Virus record (IMG/VR): IMGVR_UViG_3300045988_122718
Span: 64,001-128,000 of that record
Length of the DNA: 64,000 nt
Direction: 5' to 3' (one strand)
Origin: a virus
Shown: positions 60,234 to 64,000 of the stretch, one piece after another
How the letters are laid out: every line of letters begins with the position of its first letter
Position numbering within the stretch: position 1 is the first letter of the stretch
Position numbers and translations under genes: made by a program
Notes under the pieces: model-generated
The model's database searches: none
Seen by the model: only the letters and a program-made list of their open reading frames with translations
Told to the model about the DNA's origin: nothing

Positions 60234-61261
60234 AACTCCTCCTCCAACTCCGTTTCGTCTTTTATGTTTTCTGCCAATATATATTCAAGAACTTCCTTAC
60301 CTTCGTCAGAGGCCGAAGCCTTGGCTGGAAGATCTAAACATTCTTCCCAATCAAAATAACTTATTTGTAAATCTCTCATAGTTGCTACACTACGCAACAT
60401 ATCTATATTTCTTTTAGTATTATTCAATGGTAAATCATTATCAAGCATAAAAATTACTTTCTGTGGGTTTAGCGATAGAATCATCTTTGCCTGATATTCT
60501 GATAGGCTATTGCTGCCAAGTGCTACCGCATTGTGGTAGCCATAACTTGCACATTGTAACACGGACTTTTCACTCTCGAATATCATTACTGTACCACCAT
60601 ACATTAAACTATAGTTAGTGCTATAGCCGAAGAGTGTTTTGCTCGTTTGACATGGAACTAAATAAAGGTACTTTGGGTCATCATCATTGTCAGTTTCGTA
60701 GTTGCGTCGCCCCTTCAAGCCCATCAAGCTCCCATATTGATCACGAATAGGTATTACAATTCTATCTGTATTTACATCATATGAGATACCAAATTCCATT
60801 TGTGTTTCAAGTGATATATGGTCGCGCTGGAATCTTACATTTGGGACCTTTAGATATGCATCTAAGATTAATTCGTCATATGTTTTTGGAGGAGCATCTA
60901 CTTTATGTATTATATTTTCATAAACACCTCCAAAAATGAGACGACGGCTTTGAGGTCGCCAGTCATCTGATAGGTGGAGAATACGTTTGATTGTTGTAAG
61001 TATAGTTCTAAAGTCTGTATGCTTTTCTTTAATAATATATGAAACAATATCGCAATGCTCAGACCTTGCGTAGTCTGTTACATTGAGATAGTCATTATTC
61101 TCAAGCCTTATACGAATGTTCTGTCCGCCTTCACTGTTTCTAGCAAAGCGAATCTCGTTTCTTTTGATGGTTATATGCTCAAACTCGAACTCCTCAAGGA
61201 GGGTGCAAATGTTTTCTGGGTCTTCTAATAGCTGTTTTTTTAGTTCTGAAATCACATTCAC
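60230..61261 (-). CDS. dnaG: DNA primase (TOPRIM domain, DnaG-like)
   Basis: TOPRIM: MIFESEKSVL...VIFMLDNDLP (E...D-x-D). Confidence 0.75.
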   Translation of the reverse strand: MNVISELKKQLLEDPENICTLLEEFEFEHITIKRNEIRFARNSEGGQNIRIRLENNDYLNVTDYARSEHCDIVSYIIKEKHTDFRTILTTIKRILHLSDDWRPQSRRLIFGGVYENIIHKVDAPPKTYDELILDAYLKVPNVRFQRDHISLETQMEFGISYDVNTDRIVIPIRDQYGSLMGLKGRRNYETDNDDDPKYLYLVPCQTSKTLFGYSTNYSLMYGGTVMIFESEKSVLQCASYGYHNAVALGSNSLSEYQAKMILSLNPQKVIFMLDNDLPLNNTKRNIDMLRSVATMRDLQISYFDWEECLDLPAKASASDEGKEVLEYILAENIKDETELEEEL

Positions 61262-61274
61262 ACCACTCCTTTCG

Positions 61275-61318
61275 TTAATTTTGTACGGTTATTATATCAT
61301 AAAATTTGGATTTGTCAA
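61275..61318 (-). promoter_or_regulatory. sigma-A promoter + leader-box variant
   Basis: TTGACA (61313-61318), 16 nt spacer, TGATATAAT (-10 at 61291-61296), then ACCGTACAAAATTAA (61275-61289). Confidence 0.65.
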
Positions 61319-61360
61319 GAGGGAGATGCTTCTTTATATTTTATTTATTCACTAGGTCTA

Positions 61361-62929
61361 TTAATTTGAACCAATAAACCCATGTTTCGGTTTGCCCCAG
61401 CAACATTCACTAAATGTAGCATATCTACCGTTAAACCTAAACATCAATGCCGAACCAGAAGATGTAGAGTTTTCTGAATTTCTACTTTTTGCCAAGAAGC
61501 AAAATTTCCATGGATACTTTGGGTCGCACAAATAATCTTTCATTACAGAATTTCCATTTTCATCTCTTACAATTTGATATGGATGACAAAAATATTTTGA
61601 AGATTGGTCAAGCTCATCTTTATACACATCTCTAATGCAAAGCAATGTATCAAGCTGCTCTACCATCCCCTTTGCTCCTGATAGCATATTAGAATCTAGA
61701 AACAAAGCTCCCTTTTGGCTTTGTGCTAACTGGACAGAAGCACACATAATCAGGTTAAATTTCTTTGCCAAGATGTCAAGGTCACGGCTATACTGTACAA
61801 GTTCTTCCCATGCTGCCAAATTGCCATCTCTCTTATTGCTATCAGAGATCTTTAGCGTGTCGAAAATAACCATAGAATACCCATACTGTAATGCATAGAA
61901 TCTGATCTTTGACTTTACTACATCAAATGAATTTTCCGAGAGCTGAATAAAATGCATCCTTCCTTTATAATGCTCGTTGAAATAATCCTTTGCCTTTTGA
62001 AGCATCTTTTTATTTTCGTCTGTTAACTTACCAGCCATAAGACTCGACTTTGTGATACCATACTCCTTAAAATGTTTGTATAGAATGAACAGTATCATGT
62101 TAATCTTCCAAACTTTTGATGATTGCTCATTACACAAAATTAATATCTTTTCTTGAAGTGCCATAGACATGGCAATTGAACACCACATTGCAGTTTTACC
62201 ACTTGACGAAAATCCGGCAATATAGTGTGACGCTTGTCGAGTGAATCCCAATGTCAAAGAGGAAAGGTAAGGAAAAACGTTCATATTATCTCCGTTTATA
62301 TCTTTTCCTGCATATGCGTATGGAGTTCCGTACTCTTCTGCATTTTCCAACGACTCTAGAAACTCATCTGTAATTTCAATATCTGTATCTTCAAGTAGCT
62401 TTACATCATATCCGCCAACATACATCTTATTAAGCTGAGTTTCATACCACTCCACAAGTTCTGTTGACGTAAGATTTTTAGAAAACTCAAGGGGTGTCAT
62501 TTCCTTTTTACCGATCTGAACTTTCTTTGTAAGGTTAAAACCAGCATCATATAGGCGTAAAATCGTATTATATCTATAAAGTTCATCTAGAATGCTATCT
62601 CTATTCTTCAACGAAACAACACTTGCCATATTATCAATTGCCTTATACCCTCCACGCTCATTGAACTTTTCTAGTGTTTCTTCGGATAAGTTACTGATTA
62701 CTGCAACTTCATCAAACTCGTTCAAATTTTTCGAACGAAGATGTTTTTCTACACCGAAATAAAAGCGTCCATCTTTGCTGAGAAAGTCCGCCGATGATAA
62801 TGAAATTTCATCTAGAATAAGTGGGTCTTGCCATAGGATACCAATTACAGATGCTTCTGCATTGATACGCCCTTCTAGTAGCTCTTTTGGATATTTATCT
62901 TCTACACCTCTTAGCCAAACATCATTCAT
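61361..62929 (-). CDS. dnaB: replicative DNA helicase (DnaB-like)
   Basis: N-terminal DnaB-like helical domain, Walker A GFSSSGKTAM, and a RecA-like C-terminal domain. Confidence 0.75.
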   Translation of the reverse strand: MNDVWLRGVEDKYPKELLEGRINAEASVIGILWQDPLILDEISLSSADFLSKDGRFYFGVEKHLRSKNLNEFDEVAVISNLSEETLEKFNERGGYKAIDNMASVVSLKNRDSILDELYRYNTILRLYDAGFNLTKKVQIGKKEMTPLEFSKNLTSTELVEWYETQLNKMYVGGYDVKLLEDTDIEITDEFLESLENAEEYGTPYAYAGKDINGDNMNVFPYLSSLTLGFTRQASHYIAGFSSSGKTAMWCSIAMSMALQEKILILCNEQSSKVWKINMILFILYKHFKEYGITKSSLMAGKLTDENKKMLQKAKDYFNEHYKGRMHFIQLSENSFDVVKSKIRFYALQYGYSMVIFDTLKISDSNKRDGNLAAWEELVQYSRDLDILAKKFNLIMCASVQLAQSQKGALFLDSNMLSGAKGMVEQLDTLLCIRDVYKDELDQSSKYFCHPYQIVRDENGNSVMKDYLCDPKYPWKFCFLAKSRNSENSTSSGSALMFRFNGRYATFSECCWGKPKHGFIGSN

Positions 62930-63486
62930 AGATCATCCTCCAATTCCGCAAATGATTTTCGTATCTTTTTATTTTCCCTTACTGGTTCGAATAATACAAA
63001 AGAAGATTCCTTTGGTATAGCATTGTCAACAACTGGAAGTTGTCCTCTATAGTCATGTAGCTTCGATGACACGATAACACTATAGTAGCGCACACGGTTA
63101 AAGTCGTTTGCAAATTCCTTTCGTGCTAATGTGGAAGATAAGAAATCTTCATTCTCTTTGAGATAGCTTAGAATCTTCTTTCTGTCCGCAAGCTTCTCCC
63201 AATTCTTTACTTCTCTTTTCAGTATGCCATAGCCTTGAAATTCGTACCCGAAGATAGCTTTTGTTTCTTCAAAAATTTCATCGTACTCTGCCTTTTCTTT
63301 CACATACTCTTCATTCTCTTGTTTCTTTGCCAGCCTCTCAATTTCTTTCGCTTTCTTTTCTGCGTTTGCTTTGTCATAGCATTCTTGATTACAATAATAT
63401 GTATTATATTTCTCTCCTGGAATTTGAAGAGCATCTTTCTTTTCTATTTTAGACTTGCAGTATCTGCAAGTTACTCTCATTCCCAT
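62926..63486 (-). CDS. hypothetical protein (N-terminal Zn-ribbon; possible helicase-loading accessory)
   Basis: CRYCKS...YYCNQEC. It is translationally coupled to the helicase gene. Confidence 0.45.
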   Translation of the reverse strand: MGMRVTCRYCKSKIEKKDALQIPGEKYNTYYCNQECYDKANAEKKAKEIERLAKKQENEEYVKEKAEYDEIFEETKAIFGYEFQGYGILKREVKNWEKLADRKKILSYLKENEDFLSSTLARKEFANDFNRVRYYSVIVSSKLHDYRGQLPVVDNAIPKESSFVLFEPVRENKKIRKSFAELEDDL

Positions 63487-63497
63487 AGTCTACCTCC

Positions 63498-63526
63498 AAA
63501 AAAATAAGGGGAAGGTTGCCCTCCCC
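63498..63526 (-). terminator. rho-independent terminator
   Basis: In - sense: GGGGAGGG-CAA-CCTTCCCC followed by TTATTTTTTT. Confidence 0.7.
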
Positions 63527-63533
63527 CTGTTTG

Positions 63534-64000
63534 TTAAGCTAGGGCTTCTAGAATTGCCTTTAGAGTGTTTTCATCATGTACGTCTGCAAGCTTTGCACCG
63601 TTTAGAATTCCCTTAATACCCTTCTTAGTTTCCGCATCCGCATTCTTAAATGCAGGTCTGATAGCTGCCTTTGCTGCATCCTCATCAAAAGGCTCCACAT
63701 CCTCCTCGTTGTCTTCATCGAAAAAATCCGTATCATCCTCGTCCCAAGAAGCAGTTTCTACTTCATTTACATCATCTGACTGAACTGGAGTAGCATCAAT
63801 CTCTTCGTCTTCCTCAACGACAGGCTCCTCAACCTTTGCCTTCTTGGTAATCTTCTTAGCAGTCTTCTTGACCGAAGTCTCTACATCACCAGAAGAAGCG
63901 TTGCAAGTCTTACTCTTTTCCATACCGTCCTCGATCACTTTGATAAAATCCTTTGCCATATTTGGCTTATCAAATACTAGATACTCAGGGACTGCACCGA
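63534..64000 (-). CDS. acidic protein, probably 5' partial (frame open to the window edge)
   Basis: No stop lies upstream of the listed ATG (63959) in frame (..GAVPEYLVFDKPNMAKD..), and no RBS precedes that ATG. The central region is very acidic. Confidence 0.45.
   Translation of the reverse strand, partial: GAVPEYLVFDKPNMAKDFIKVIEDGMEKSKTCNASSGDVETSVKKTAKKITKKAKVEEPVVEEDEEIDATPVQSDDVNEVETASWDEDDTDFFDEDNEEDVEPFDEDAAKAAIRPAFKNADAETKKGIKGILNGAKLADVHDENTLKAILEALA

Noticed and set aside
19189-63783. Plus-strand ORFs antisense to the - strand genes (for example 21243-21602, 22577-23017, 27729-28112, 32391-32834, 37629-38012, 53613-53984, 56586-56942, 63235-63507)
   Set aside because: Each lies inside a longer, domain-supported or operon-consistent - strand gene. 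None has an RBS, and their low-complexity, Leu/Ser/Phe-rich translations are typical of antisense frames in AT-rich DNA.
1-64000. CRISPR arrays, rRNA genes, transposase/IS elements, stop-codon reassignment
   Set aside because: No regularly spaced direct repeats, rRNA-like sequence or transposase motifs were seen. Long ORFs terminate normally with TAA/TGA/TAG, and no suppressor-type anticodon (CUA/UCA/UUA) was found among the tRNAs.

Overview
AT-rich segment of a temperate, Firmicutes-type siphovirus or prophage genome. The + strand (1-16.9 kb) holds the end of the tail module. A homing-endonuclease ORF sits inside what looks like a group I intron interrupting a giant tape-measure gene. It is followed by Dit, a 1630-aa Tal with an internal tandem-domain array, and a receptor-binding fibre with a C-terminal S74 chaperone domain. 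The - strand (17.1-64 kb) starts with integrase/excisionase and an attP-like repeat region, then a long early/middle region. In descending coordinates that region encodes: dUTPase, an intein-containing class II RNR, ThyX, a deoxynucleotidase, a C5-methyltransferase split by an HNH endonuclease, an NMP kinase and NAD-dependent ligase. About 20 small Cys-rich ORFs follow, then an RNA end-healing/sealing cluster (Pnk-HD, RlaP-like nucleotidyltransferase, RNA ligase). Next come dCMP deaminase, a 3D-domain protein, cysteine desulfurase and SHMT. A ~4.5-kb tRNA/ncRNA island (20 tRNA or tRNA-like genes) follows, then a TROVE/DUF2828-vWA (Ro60-like) protein, a PurA-like enzyme, a vWA protein, DnaE, a RecJ-like DHH protein, primase and a DnaB-like helicase. 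The most unusual observation is that four tRNA genes (Lys-UUU, Gln-UUG, Ile-UAU, Leu-UAA) carry a 47-76 nt insert in the anticodon loop. Each insert is a tRNA-like acceptor/T-arm minihelix ending in N-CCA. Removing it exactly from the first acceptor nucleotide through the CCA restores a canonical 7-nt anticodon loop in all four cases. Together with the nearby RNA ligase / Pnk-HD / Ro60-like genes, this suggests an undescribed tRNA intron and processing system. Other signals are a co-varying H-type pseudoknot family in tRNA and mRNA leaders, three tRNAs with C33, several aberrant tRNA-like genes, and large structured non-coding blocks inside the tRNA island. There is also a 15-nt leader box (ACAGTACAAAATTAA) repeated about 15 times behind sigma-A-type promoters. 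All calls come from reading the sequence by eye. No database search was run.
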